Shown: piece after piece, positions 49,566 through 60,493 of the stretch
How positions within the stretch are numbered: the stretch's first letter is position 1
Layout of the letters: the number at the start of each line of letters is the position of its first letter
NCBI GenBank assembly: GCA_963768085.1
Contig: CAVYGO010000004.1
Location: 12,135 to 76,134 of the forward strand
Direction: 5' to 3'
Length of the DNA: 64,000 bases
Source: an uncultured Flavobacteriaceae bacterium
GTDB lineage: Bacteria; Bacteroidota; Bacteroidia; Flavobacteriales; Flavobacteriaceae
Translations under genes and position numbers: made by a program
Notes under the pieces: generated by a model
Database searches by the model: none
What the model saw: the letters and a program-made list of their open reading frames with translations, nothing else
What the model was told of the DNA's origin: nothing

Positions 49566-51771
49566 TTAGTTCGCAACTTCACTAATGAATTTGATGCGAA
49601 ACAAGCGAAGTTCCTCGTCATCATAATCCCCATCGAACTCATCCATGGCAACATCAATCTTATCGGTATCGGCTTCAATGAAGTAATCGTGTAATTCCTC
49701 CTGCTGATCTTCATCGAGTATCTCCTCCAGCCAATAATCTAATATTCAGTTTGGTGCCACTGTACACAATCGCTTCCATTTCTTTGATGAATTCTGTCAT
49801 CTCCAATCCCTTCGCATGCAGCTATATCCTGTAAGGAGAGTTTCCTGTCCACATTCTGAATGATGTACAATTTCAAAGCACTATTGATTCCTGTCGATTT
49901 CACAACAAAATCATCGGGGCGTACAATATCGTTCTCTTCCACATATTTCTGAATAAGTTCCAGGAAGGTAATACCATACTTTTTAGCTTTACCTTCTCCT
50001 ACACCATGCACTGTAGCCAGTTCATCCATGTCAACAGGGTACTTTAACGCCATATCTTCCAGGGAAGGATCCTGAAAAATAACAAACGGAGGTAGTTTGA
50101 GATTATCTGCAACCTGTTTACGCTCAGCTTTCAACAGTCTAAATAAAATTTCATCCGCCACGACACCTCCACTCTTCTGAGCTACTTCGATGGTATCGTC
50201 GTTGGCTTGCTTGAATGAATGATCTTCGGTCATCATAAAGGAAACAGGATTCTTTATAAAATCGATTCCGGCAGGGTTCAATTTTACAACACCATAGGTC
50301 TCTATATCCTTTCGAAGAAAGCCTGCCACCAATATCTGTCGCAATAAGGCCATCCATATGACTCATCTAGGTTTGTCAATTCCAACTCCAAAGTAATCCT
50401 GTGTATCGGTTCGATGCGATTTTATCATGGCATTCACCTTTCCCACCATGACATTCACCATTTCCTTCGATTTGTATTGTTCATTGGTCTTATTTACTAC
50501 ATCGATGGAGCATCTTCGCTTCCCTCATCGCTTCATGTTTCTTCTTTGGATGTCGCATATTATCGTCCATATCGCCACCCTTCACCTGTTTCGTTATCAA
50601 ATTCTTCTCCAAAATAATGAAGAATGAATTTTCTGCGTGAGATTGAGGTTTCGGCAAACGCCACTACTTCCTGCAACAGTGCATGCCCTATTTCCTGTTC
50701 GGCGACCGGTTTACCGCTCATAAATTTTTCGAGCTTCTCAATATCTTTATAGCTGAATAATAGGCCAGGCAATGTCCTTCGCCACCATCCCTGCCTGCCC
50801 TTCCGGTCTCCTGATAATAGCTTTCAATACTTTTTGGCATGTCGTTATGTACCACGAAACGTACATCAGGCTTATCTATTCCCATTCCGAAGGCAATTGT
50901 AGCAACCACAACATCCGAGTCTTCCATTAAGAACATATCCTGATGTTTTACTCGTGTTTTAGCGTCCAGGCCCGCATGATACGGAACGGCTTTTATACCG
51001 TTTACCTGGAGTGTTTGCGCCATTTCTTCAACTCGTTTTCTGCTCAAACAATAGATAATTCCACTTTTACCTTCGTTTTGTTTTACGAATCGGATAATGT
51101 CGGCATCGACATTTTTGGTCTTCGGACGAATCTCATAATAGAGATTAGGGCGGTTAAATGACGCCTTAAAGGTGTTGGCATCCTGTATCCCGAGGTTCTT
51201 AAGTATATCTTCCTGTACTTTAGGTGTAGCCGTAGCTGTAAGTCCGATAACGGGAATATTATCACCTATACGCTTAATTATGGCTCTCAGATTGCGGTAT
51301 TCGGGCCTGAAATCGTGTCCCCATTCACTAATGCAATGTGCTTCGTCTATAGCGACAAAGGCTATAGTAACGGAATTAAGAAATGCGACGTTTTCTTCTT
51401 TGGTAAGAGATTCGGGTGCTACGTATAGAAGCTTGGTAATACCACTGGAGATATCACTTTTTACTTTTTTTATTTCAGTTTTGGTTAGATGAAGAATTCA
51501 ACACGTGGGCAATGCCTTCTTTACGGGAGTGTGCCCGCAATGCATCCACCTGGTTCTTCATCAATGCAATTAAGGGGGATACTACAATTGCCGTTCCATC
51601 TTTTATTAATGCGGGGAGTTGATAGCAAAGCGACTTACCACCACCGGTGGGCATGATCACGAAGGTGTTATGGTTGGCGAGTATGCTCCTAATAACTTCT
51701 TCCTGTAGCCCTTTAAATTTCGTGAAACCAAAAAACTTTTTCAGTGCCGCGTATATATCTATTTCAGCCAC
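49566..51771 (-). pseudogene. recQ: ATP-dependent DNA helicase RecQ disrupted by at least 7 frameshifts
   Basis: Co-linear fragments. 51475..51771 has FKGLQEEVI and MPTGGGKSLCYQLPA. About 50718-51470 has VAIDEAHCISEWGHDFRPEY, GLTATAT, IIYCLSRK and TIAFGMGIDKPDVRFVVH..P.SIESYYQETGRAGRDG. 50560..50772 follows, then 49739..50353 (RQC/HRDC region), then the C-terminal ...FISEVAN ending at 49566. GTG start at 51771. Confidence 0.85.
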
Positions 51772-51979
51772 GCTGCTTTACCTTTTAATTCTTTATGATA
51801 AAGGTTTGGGAAATTAAAATTGTGAATAAAGTCCAACAATCGTAATTTCGCAACCTTTGAAGAATAAGTGTATCTATTAACTAGGTTTGTTAAGGGCGTT
51901 ACGCATTCGTTATTATTGCGTTCGCTTTTTAAATATACTAATTTCTGAAACAGTTACAAACATATAAAAGCGTAAAATT

Positions 51980-52944
51980 TTGAATCAGGATTCGAGGATC
52001 ATTTCAGTAGCGAAACAAACAATTGAAACAGAAAGTGAGGCAATCTTACATTTGGCTGACCTTGTGGATGAGGAATTCGCACATGCTGTTGAATATGTTT
52101 ATAAATCAGATGGTCGTGTAATCATCACGGGTATCGGTAAGAGTGCGAACATCGCCACCAAGATTGTGGCAACTCTTAACAGCACAGGAACACCTGCTAT
52201 TTTCATGCATGCTGCTGATGCTATTCACGGTGATCTGGGTACAATTCAACAAAGTGACACAGTAATTTGTATTTCAAAAAGTGGTAATACCCCGGAAATA
52301 AAAGTATTGGTTCCATTAATTAAAACAAGGGGAAACAGAATAATTGCTATTACTTCCAATAAAGAATCATTTCTCGGGCAGCAAGCCGACTATGTCCTGC
52401 ACGCCTATGTAGAAAAAGAAGCCTGCCCCAATAATCTTGCCCCTACCACAAGTACAACAGCACAGCTGGTTATTGGAGACGCCCTGGCCATGTGCCTGCT
52501 GGATCTTCGCGGCTTCTCTAGTAAGGATTTTGCCCGATTCCATCCTGGAGGTTCCCTCGGTAAAAAGTTATATCTTCGTGTTAGTGATCTAACTTCTCTT
52601 AATGAACAACCCAGGTGGGTCCGGATACAGATGTGCGCAGAGTTATCGTTGAGATCACTGAAAAGATGCTGGGTGTCACGGCAGTGGTTGAAAACGAGAA
52701 GATCGTTGGAATTATTACCGATGGTGACCTGCGAAGAATGTTAACGAAAGTTGATAATTTCAAAGGATTAACAGCCAAGGATATTATGTCACTGAATCCT
52801 AAGAAGATCAGCAACGATGCTATGGCTATAGAGGCAATGGAACTTATGGACAAACATGGGATCACTCAAATTCTAGCCGAAAAGAATGGTAAATACAGTG
52901 GCGTAGTTCATATCCACAATCTTACCAAAGAAGGTATTATTTAA
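51980..52944 (+). pseudogene. kpsF: KpsF/GutQ-family arabinose-5-phosphate isomerase (SIS + CBS pair), one frameshift near 52613-52616
   Basis: ORF 51980..52744 is the SIS domain (ITGIGKSANIATKIVATLNSTGTPA). ORF 52615..52944 is the CBS pair. The junction NEQPR|VGPDTDV is restored by adding one G. Confidence 0.85.
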
Positions 52945-53787
52945 TGGCAACCGCAAAAGAAACATCTCCAGGTAAAGAAATGTCGTTTTTGGGTCATCTG
53001 GAAGAACTAAGATGGCACTTAATTCGTTCTACTATTGCGATCGTGGTGATGGGAACAGTGGCCTTTATAATGAAGGATTTTATTTTTGATACACTCATCT
53101 TTGGTCCTACTAAAAAAGATAGTTTCCCTACCTACAAATTACTTTGCGAAGGTGCTAAACTATTGGGTTTTGAAGGTACGTTTTGTACTACCGAGTTCCC
53201 TTTCCGAATTCAGAGCCGAACCATGGCTGGACAGTTTTCGGCTCATATCTGGACCTCCATTACAGCAGGATTTATAATCGCTTTTCCTTACGTACTCTAT
53301 GAATTCTGGAGATTTGTGAGTCCGGGCTTACACGATAAAGGAACGTAGTTCTGCCAGAGGATTCATCTTTATTGCGTCTATCTTATTCTTTACAGGCGTT
53401 TTATTCGGTTATTATGTAGTAACTCCTTTGTCGATAAATTTCCTGGGAACCTACCAGGTTTCAGAAGCTGTATTTAATGATTTTGACCTGAGTAGTTATA
53501 TTGGCCTGGTTAGAGCTTGTGCATTGTCCAGCGGACTTATATTCGAGTTACCTATTATTATATTTTTCCTCACCAAGATTGGTTTGGTTACACCGGAATC
53601 GCTCAGAAAATACAGAAAATTCGCTCTTGTGATCGTATTGATCGTTTCCGCCATCATAACACCTCCTGATATTGCGAGTCAGATCATTGTTGCGATCCCG
53701 GTTGTAGTGCTTTATGAAGTGAGTATTTATATTTCGAAAGCGGTAATAAAAAGACAAAATAAAAAAGACAAGGCCCATGCAGGATAA
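52944..53787 (+). pseudogene. tatC: Twin-arginine translocase subunit TatC, one frameshift at GG 53340-53341
   Basis: ORF 52944..53348 (MSFLGHLEELRWHLIRS...) and ORF 53428..53787. The junction PGLHDKERSSARGFIF is restored by deleting one G. The start overlaps the kpsF stop (TAATG). Confidence 0.85.
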
Positions 53788-54124
53788 TATGGTTGAAGAA
53801 TTCAATGCGTATCGTTCGAAAATGAACGAGAAACTACTTTCGGACAACAATAAGGTCATTAAACGCATCTTTAATTTGGATACGAATGCTTTTACCGAAG
53901 GCGCTCTTCCGAAGAAGACCAAAGAACTGTTAGGTCTGGGAAACTCTATGGTTTTGCGCTGTGACGACTGTGTTCGGTATCATTTGGAAGCCTGTCATAA
54001 GTTAGGGATTCCGAAGATAGAAGTGGTAGAAGCCCTTAGTATTTCATTACTCATAGGCGGAACCATTGTTATTCCACATCTTCGACGTGCTTATGAATAC
54101 TGGGAAGCTTTAGAGAAATCTTAA
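53777..54124 (+). CDS. Carboxymuconolactone decarboxylase (AhpD-like) family protein
   Basis: 115 aa with the CxxC-H motif RCDDCVRYH. Confidence 0.72.
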   Translation: MQDNMVEEFNAYRSKMNEKLLSDNNKVIKRIFNLDTNAFTEGALPKKTKELLGLGNSMVLRCDDCVRYHLEACHKLGIPKIEVVEALSISLLIGGTIVIPHLRRAYEYWEALEKS

Positions 54125-54183
54125 ATATTTTTTCCGCGGAAAATTATACCGTACTTTTATCATTCTCATACTGAATTCAACTT

Positions 54184-54924
54184 ATGAAGCTACGCGCTGA
54201 AAATCTAGTAAAATCCTATAAAGGCCGCAAGGTGGTTAAAGGCATTACCATAGAAGTAAATCAGGGAGAAATCGTTGGCCTTCTGGGGCCTAATGGCGCC
54301 GGAAAGACCACCTCATTCTATATGATTGTTGGTTTAATAAAACCTAACGGTGGACAAATTTTCCTTGAAGGCACCAATATTACCAAATATCCTATGTATA
54401 AACGCGCTCAAAATGGTATTGGTTATCTGGCGCAGGAAGCATCAGTGTTCCGTAAGTTAAGTATAGAAGATAATATTCTCAGCGTCTTACAGCTCACTAA
54501 TCTTTCCAAAAAGGAGCAGCAGATAAAGATGGAGTCGCTCATTGAAGAATTCGGATTGAGCCATATTCGTAAGAATCGTGGTGACCTGCTAAGTGGTGGT
54601 GAACGCCGAAGAACTGAGATAGCGCGGGCATTAGCGACGGATCCACATTTTATATTACTTGATGAACCTTTTGCCGGGGTAGACCCGGTTGCAGTAGAAG
54701 ACATCCAGGGAATTGTGGCACGATTGAAGAATAAGAACATTGGTATCCTGATTACAGATCACAACGTTCAGGAAACACTGGCTATAACCGACAGAACCTA
54801 CCTGATGTTCGAAGGAAGCATCTTAAAACACGGTGTTCCGGAAGAGCTGGCAGCAGATGAATTGGTGCGTAAGGTCTACCTCGGTCAGAATTTCGAACTT
54901 CGGAAGAAGAAATTATCGTTTTAG
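54184..54924 (+). CDS. lptB: LPS export ABC transporter ATP-binding protein
   Basis: 246 aa. Walker [18 protein letters not shown] and Walker [13 protein letters not shown]. The size and C-terminal extension are typical of LptB. Confidence 0.88.
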   Translation: MKLRAENLVKSYKGRKVVKGITIEVNQGEIVGLLGPNGAGKTTSFYMIVGLIKPNGGQIFLEGTNITKYPMYKRAQNGIGYLAQEASVFRKLSIEDNILSVLQLTNLSKKEQQIKMESLIEEFGLSHIRKNRGDLLSGGERRRTEIARALATDPHFILLDEPFAGVDPVAVEDIQGIVARLKNKNIGILITDHNVQETLAITDRTYLMFEGSILKHGVPEELAADELVRKVYLGQNFELRKKKLSF

Positions 54925-55658
54925 TCCTTTCTGAAAAGAGATAAAATGAAATAAAGTAAAATTAACGCCGGTAGTGCGATAAACTTCAGCACAAGAATGG
55001 CGATCACACTTAAACCAAGAAAAATATATCGTATTCTGTTCGACGTGAAATCCCAGGTCTTGAATTTTAAGGCAAAAAGACGAACCTCGGCATTCATTAT
55101 AAAACAACTAAAAATAGTTACCCCAATCAAAAACCATGTATTCATTATAATATTTTCGATGATCTCTGAGTGCTGAAAATGAAGGATCAGTGGAAAACTT
55201 AAAATTAGAATAGTATTAGCTGGTGTAGGTAGCCCAATAAAGCTTTCTGTCTGACGCGTATCGACATTGAATTTGGCTAAGCGATAGGCCGCGGCTACCG
55301 CAATTAACAGTCCTGTGAACGGTATATAACTAAAAACGACGGAATTCCATCCTCCAATAGCGAACGCTTCAGTGATATTCATTGGGTTTCCCGTAACAGA
55401 AACATTAATCATTTGTACCATCACCATAGCAGGTGCCACTCCACAAGTAACCACATCGGCTAACGAATCCAACTGCAGGCCAATTTCGCTCTGAGCGTTC
55501 AGCCATCGCGCTGCCAGACCATCGAAGAAATCGAGAATAATACCAGCGAATATAAAAAACGATGCCACAATAAGATCTCCGGAAATAGCAAAAAGAATAG
55601 CAACACAGCCACATAGCAAATTAAGGGAAGTAATTATGTTAGGGATTTGTTTGACCAT
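54921..55658 (-). CDS. pssA: CDP-diacylglycerol--serine O-phosphatidyltransferase (CDP-alcohol phosphatidyltransferase family)
   Basis: 245 aa. Motif [28 protein letters not shown] (D-G-x2-A-R-x8-G-x3-D-x3-D). Polytopic. Confidence 0.8.
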   Translation of the reverse strand: MVKQIPNIITSLNLLCGCVAILFAISGDLIVASFFIFAGIILDFFDGLAARWLNAQSEIGLQLDSLADVVTCGVAPAMVMVQMINVSVTGNPMNITEAFAIGGWNSVVFSYIPFTGLLIAVAAAYRLAKFNVDTRQTESFIGLPTPANTILILSFPLILHFQHSEIIENIIMNTWFLIGVTIFSCFIMNAEVRLFALKFKTWDFTSNRIRYIFLGLSVIAILVLKFIALPALILLYFILSLFRKD

Positions 55659-55764
55659 GGAAATTCTGAATGCTGTAAAAATAGCAAACTATTTGCGTCT
55701 AAACCTAAATATGCACAATATGTACTTAAAATAATAGTTTATTATTTTGTAAATAATAAGATAT

Positions 55765-56850
55765 TTGCTGAAAATTGATCGCTTGAAAAAGAATCTAATT
55801 CTTGTCTTTCTGCTGCTTTGCGCAACAATATCTGCTCAAACCACTCGGAAGTATTCCAATGAATTTATGAATATTGGTGTTGACGCCGCTGCGTTTGGCA
55901 TGGCAAACGCCGTAGTTGCTTCATCACAGGATGTGAATTCGGGATACTGGAACCCTGCTGGTTTAGTAAATATTGAAGACAATGAGCTATCACTTATGCA
56001 CGCATCGTACTTTGCGAATATTGCAAGTTATGACTATGCAGGGTTCGCCATGCCTTTAGATGACCGATCTGCGGTAGCACTTTCTGTGATCCGTTTTGGG
56101 GTGGACGACATACTGAATACCACACAATTGATAGACGATCAGGGGAATATCGATTACAACCGTATCAGCCTTTTTTCCACAGCTGATTATGGTGTAACTT
56201 TTTCATACGCCCGCAAGTTGCCGCTCGATGGTCTTAACTTCGGGGTAAATGCCAAGGTAATCCGTCGTATTATCGGGGATTTTGCCTCCTCCTGGGGTTT
56301 CGGCCTGGATGCCGGGATCCAATTTGAGACGAACCAATGGCGATTCGGATTCATGGCTCGCGATATCACTACAACTTTTAATGCCTGGTCCATCAATGAG
56401 GAACAATTCGCAACCATTTCAGGTGCGGTTGAAGGTCAGAACCAGGAATTACCCGAAACTACCGAAATCACAATTCCCAAATTACAATTGGGAATCGCGC
56501 GCAAGTTTATCTTTCACTACGATTTTGTTCTCCAGGCCGAAATGGATCTTAATTTTCGCTTTGCCCAGACCAACGATATTATATCGTCTTCTTTTGCCAG
56601 TGTAACCCCCGCCTTAGGGTTGGAGTTTGGTTATATCGACATGATATTTGTGCGGGGAGGCGTTGGGAATTTTCAGAATGTAACACAATTAGACGGTCGT
56701 GATTCGGTCAATTTTCAACCGAATATTGGCGTTGGGTTCCGCTATAAAGGAATTCAGGTGGATTATGCACTCACCGATATTGGCGACCAAAGTACTGCAT
56801 TGTATTCTAATGTTTTTTCACTTAAATTAGACTGGAGTATATTTAGATAG
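55765..56850 (+). CDS. PorV/PorQ-family outer-membrane beta-barrel protein
   Basis: 361 aa, TTG start (alternative TTG at 55783). Signal peptide ...LLLCATISAQ. FMNIGVDAAAFGMANAVVASSQDVNSGYWNPAGL resembles the conserved N-terminal strand of PorV/PorQ. Beta-rich, with a terminal ...LKLDWSIFR. This is a family-level call only. Confidence 0.55.
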   Translation: MLKIDRLKKNLILVFLLLCATISAQTTRKYSNEFMNIGVDAAAFGMANAVVASSQDVNSGYWNPAGLVNIEDNELSLMHASYFANIASYDYAGFAMPLDDRSAVALSVIRFGVDDILNTTQLIDDQGNIDYNRISLFSTADYGVTFSYARKLPLDGLNFGVNAKVIRRIIGDFASSWGFGLDAGIQFETNQWRFGFMARDITTTFNAWSINEEQFATISGAVEGQNQELPETTEITIPKLQLGIARKFIFHYDFVLQAEMDLNFRFAQTNDIISSSFASVTPALGLEFGYIDMIFVRGGVGNFQNVTQLDGRDSVNFQPNIGVGFRYKGIQVDYALTDIGDQSTALYSNVFSLKLDWSIFR

Positions 56851-56855
56851 ATCCT

Positions 56856-58043
56856 GTGAAAAAACACTACTTCCTCTTCCTCTTCTTCTTAGTGAATTTT
56901 AGTGCTTTCGCACAATATGATACCCTGTCCGAGGATGCCGAAATAAGTATACTCACTGTAGGACCGGGTGATAATCTCTACGATAAGTTTGGGCATAGTG
57001 CATTCAGAGTTCAAGATCCGGCTAACAATATTGATTGGGCTTATAATTATGGTGTATATGATTTCGATACTCCAAATTTTTATACCAAATTCGCACGTGG
57101 TAAACTGCTGTACAAATTAGCTGTTAGCCAATACCAACCGTTTCTAAATAGCTATATCGCTCAAGATCGCTGGGTTGAAGAACAAATGCTTAATCTTACT
57201 TATTCAGAGAAGCAGGCGCTTTTTAATTTTCTGCAGAATAATGCCAAACCCGAGAATCAGTACTACAAATACGATTTCTTCTTCGACAACTGTGCCACCA
57301 GGATGCGGGACGTGCTTGTTGAAGTTCTGGGTGATAAATTGAAATACAATACTAACCTGGCCTCAGAGGGCTATACTTTCAGAGAACTTATACAGAAGAA
57401 TGTACACTACAATTCCTGGGGAAGCCTGGGTATGGATATGGCCATTGGTGCGGTAGTCGATCGCAAGGCCAGTTCTTGGGAATACCAATTCCTGCCTGAA
57501 TACGTATTTAAAGCGGCGGCCGGAGCAACGGTAAGTTCAAATAACAAAACGGTTGATCTGGTAAAGGAAACCCGCACGATCTTTGACACGGAAGAACGTC
57601 ACGGCACTGGGAATTTTATTCTAAGCCCCTTGTTTATTTTTGGAATTCTAGGACTGTTCCTGGTTTTTGTAACCTATAAAAACTACAAAAACCAGTGTCG
57701 AAGCCGCTATCTGGATGCTGCTATCTTTTCGATCACGGGGCTCATAGGAATTATCATATTGTTGCTTTGGTTCGCGACCGATCATAGTACTACAGCTAAT
57801 AACTATAACCTGTTGTGGGCATTTCCTTTCAGTATCTTCTTCTTCTTAATGATCGGTAAAAGAACTCCGAAACGCTGGTTACAGCGTTACGTAATATTTC
57901 TGATCCTCCTATTGGCACTACTCACCTTCCACTGGATCACGGGGGTCCAGACATTTGCTATCGGATTCATTCCATTGTTCATTGGACTGGCAATTCGCTA
58001 TCTATTCTTGAATAAGTATCTAAAACAACAATCCAACGCCTGA
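56856..58043 (+). CDS. DUF4105 (Lnb N-terminal periplasmic domain) protein with C-terminal TM helices
   Basis: 395 aa, GTG start. ISILTVGPGDNLYDKFGHSAFRV is the DUF4105 hallmark. The C-terminal third has about 4 TM helices. Confidence 0.7.
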   Translation: MKKHYFLFLFFLVNFSAFAQYDTLSEDAEISILTVGPGDNLYDKFGHSAFRVQDPANNIDWAYNYGVYDFDTPNFYTKFARGKLLYKLAVSQYQPFLNSYIAQDRWVEEQMLNLTYSEKQALFNFLQNNAKPENQYYKYDFFFDNCATRMRDVLVEVLGDKLKYNTNLASEGYTFRELIQKNVHYNSWGSLGMDMAIGAVVDRKASSWEYQFLPEYVFKAAAGATVSSNNKTVDLVKETRTIFDTEERHGTGNFILSPLFIFGILGLFLVFVTYKNYKNQCRSRYLDAAIFSITGLIGIIILLLWFATDHSTTANNYNLLWAFPFSIFFFLMIGKRTPKRWLQRYVIFLILLLALLTFHWITGVQTFAIGFIPLFIGLAIRYLFLNKYLKQQSNA

Positions 58044-59438
58044 TTATTGCCCCCGGAAGAAAATAATGGTACTCAGAGTTTTTATCACGATACTGATATC
58101 GAGAAATAAACTCCGCCTTTTTATATAATACAGGTCGTATTGTAATTTTTCTAATGTGTCTTCCTGTGTCACTCCGTATTTGGCATTTACCTGCGCCCAA
58201 CCTGTAACACCGGGTTTCACTAAATGCCTCACTTCATAAAACGGTATTTTTTCTGAGAGTTCTTTTACGAATACAGGACGTTCCGGCCGGGGACCGATAA
58301 CACTCATATCACCCTTGATAACATTGATAAACTGCGGGATCTCATCAAATCTTGATCTTCGTAGAAATCGGCCAAATTTTGTCACACGTGCATCTTTTGC
58401 AGCCGCATACATCGCACCATCTTTCTCAGCATCCACAACCATACTTCGCAGCTTGTAGATTTTGAAGTGCTTACTGTTTTTACCAACGCGAATTTGTGTG
58501 TAAAAAATGGGGCCACGGTTTCCTATTAGATTGCCAATAATAATAATAGGTGATATTAGTAACCCAAATAACAAACCAATAATAGAAAACAACAAATCAA
58601 GAATCCTGTGAAAAAAGAGGTATAATTTGTTCTGATTACTCCTGCTAAAAGGAAAATAGCGGTAGAAATCCTTGTCCACATGCTGAACGGGAACACGATG
58701 TGTAATCTCTTCATATACTTGAGTATACTCGCGTATAGGTACGCCGCTTTCCAGCAATGTAATAAGCTGATTGTACAGCGGGATCGTCATCCCCGATGAC
58801 GGTTGTGTCGCAATCACAATCTCCGAAATTGAATGCTCCTTTACAGTCCCTGCCACATCATTCAATTCAAATTCCTCAGGAAGATCAAATCCAAAGGTAG
58901 ATTGCTGAGATTTGGTGGTATTGATGAAGCCAATAACTTTATAATTGGGATCCGATTTCTGCAGGGATATGATCACTTTCTCCATATCTTCAGAATTTCC
59001 AATGATAAGTACCCGCTTAAAGAATCGCGGTGCAGAGACCAGGACGATATAGGCATAACGCCACACGAACAATGCTATGTTCACCGCTATGAAGAAATAG
59101 ATGATCTGCAACCGGTTTTCCGGTAATTCCGGTGTAAAGAAAGGTGTGAGCAGATAAAACAACACCGTAACCGAGGATGTTAGTATGATATTCTGAACCA
59201 CAATTTCAAATTTGCTCGCCTTTTGAAGGTTGTACAATTCGAAGATCGTGGCGAACACACTCAGGTATAAGGCTAAAACGATAGACCAGAACCAGTGATC
59301 GGCATTGATCTTGAAATAATCAAAATCGAAAACTATTCCCACAACATACAATAAGCCCAACACGCTTACGATATCGAAAATCCTTAAAAGGACTTTGCGC
59401 TCGGAAATATCAAAATGTATATTCGACTTTTGAGGCAT
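58044..59438 (-). CDS. Polyprenyl-phosphate glycosyl-1-phosphate transferase (bacterial sugar transferase, WbaP/EpsB-like priming enzyme)
   Basis: 464 aa. N-terminal TM block, then the C-terminal catalytic domain DEIPQFINVIKGDMSVIGPRP...VKPGVTGWAQV. Confidence 0.85.
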   Translation of the reverse strand: MPQKSNIHFDISERKVLLRIFDIVSVLGLLYVVGIVFDFDYFKINADHWFWSIVLALYLSVFATIFELYNLQKASKFEIVVQNIILTSSVTVLFYLLTPFFTPELPENRLQIIYFFIAVNIALFVWRYAYIVLVSAPRFFKRVLIIGNSEDMEKVIISLQKSDPNYKVIGFINTTKSQQSTFGFDLPEEFELNDVAGTVKEHSISEIVIATQPSSGMTIPLYNQLITLLESGVPIREYTQVYEEITHRVPVQHVDKDFYRYFPFSRSNQNKLYLFFHRILDLLFSIIGLLFGLLISPIIIIGNLIGNRGPIFYTQIRVGKNSKHFKIYKLRSMVVDAEKDGAMYAAAKDARVTKFGRFLRRSRFDEIPQFINVIKGDMSVIGPRPERPVFVKELSEKIPFYEVRHLVKPGVTGWAQVNAKYGVTQEDTLEKLQYDLYYIKRRSLFLDISIVIKTLSTIIFFRGQ

Positions 59439-59473
59439 CGGTTGGAGATTGTGTCTGTAAATGTACTAATTAT

Positions 59474-60493
59474 TTATGCTTTCAATATTTCGAACCATGA
59501 ATGTTTAACCACCTCCCAATCAAACTTTTCAACTTTATTTCTCGCATTTCGAGCAATTCTAATTCCATGCTCCTTATCCTTCAGTAACATTGAAATAGCA
59601 TTACAGAATCCTTCCTTATCATTCGCCTCAACCAGAACTGCATCTTCATTGTCTTCTAAAAGAAACGGAATCCCTCCTACATTAGTGGATATCACTGGCA
59701 GGCCCAAAGCCATTGCCTCGACTATACTTACCGGCATATTATCGAAATTGGTGGTATTGATGAAAATATCGTAAGAATCAGAAAGTTGTAACCATTCTTC
59801 CTTATTCAATCGCCCGGTGAATCGAACCGGCAACGATTTTTCCATGACCAGGCTCTTGCATTTTGCTAATGAACCATCTTTTTCAGGCCCCACCATGCAT
59901 AATTCTATATCGATGCCTTGTTTCATAAACTCCTCTACGATCTCCAAGGCTAGTGCAGGGTTATATATTTTTGAAAAGGAACGTACCCAGAGCAATTTTG
60001 CCCTGAATGACGATCGTGATTTGAAAGGATATCGTTCTATATCGATCGAATTAGGTATACGGACTACATTCGAATAACCCGATTGCTGAAAGTGGTGCAA
60101 AAGATATCCGGATGGAGCAACATTGAGTTTCGCACCGTTAAAAAGCTTCCAGGATAATTTTTTACTTTTCTGAAGTCTTTCAGGAAGGTTACCCCCATGC
60201 AGTATCGGGATATAAGGTAAATTCAATAATCTGCAGATATTTCCGATGGTTACAGCATAGTAAAAGTTTTGGGTGCTATACGTATCGATTAAGACAAAAT
60301 GTGTTCGCCTCGCATTTTTCAAAACAGTAAAAATCATATCCCAAAGTCGGAAGACCTTATTTTTTTGGGAAGATGCTGATATCACATCAAACCCTTCGGA
60401 GGTCAAATGACGGGATAAACTCTCCATCGTGGTAACAGTACCACCGAAAGAGGCAGCCTTATTTCCCAGGTAGAGGAGTTTTCTTTTTTCCAT
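59474..60493 (-). CDS. Glycosyltransferase family 4 (GT-B)
   Basis: 339 aa with the E-x7-E region FDNMPVSIVEAMALGLPVISTNVGGIPF. Confidence 0.85.
   Translation of the reverse strand: MEKRKLLYLGNKAASFGGTVTTMESLSRHLTSEGFDVISASSQKNKVFRLWDMIFTVLKNARRTHFVLIDTYSTQNFYYAVTIGNICRLLNLPYIPILHGGNLPERLQKSKKLSWKLFNGAKLNVAPSGYLLHHFQQSGYSNVVRIPNSIDIERYPFKSRSSFRAKLLWVRSFSKIYNPALALEIVEEFMKQGIDIELCMVGPEKDGSLAKCKSLVMEKSLPVRFTGRLNKEEWLQLSDSYDIFINTTNFDNMPVSIVEAMALGLPVISTNVGGIPFLLEDNEDAVLVEANDKEGFCNAISMLLKDKEHGIRIARNARNKVEKFDWEVVKHSWFEILKA

Noticed and set aside
34797-53341. Programmed ribosomal frameshifting or recoding as the explanation for the split ORFs.
   Set aside because: There are far too many shifts per gene, in both directions, with no slippery heptamer plus structure context. 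They are spread over unrelated genes in two blocks.
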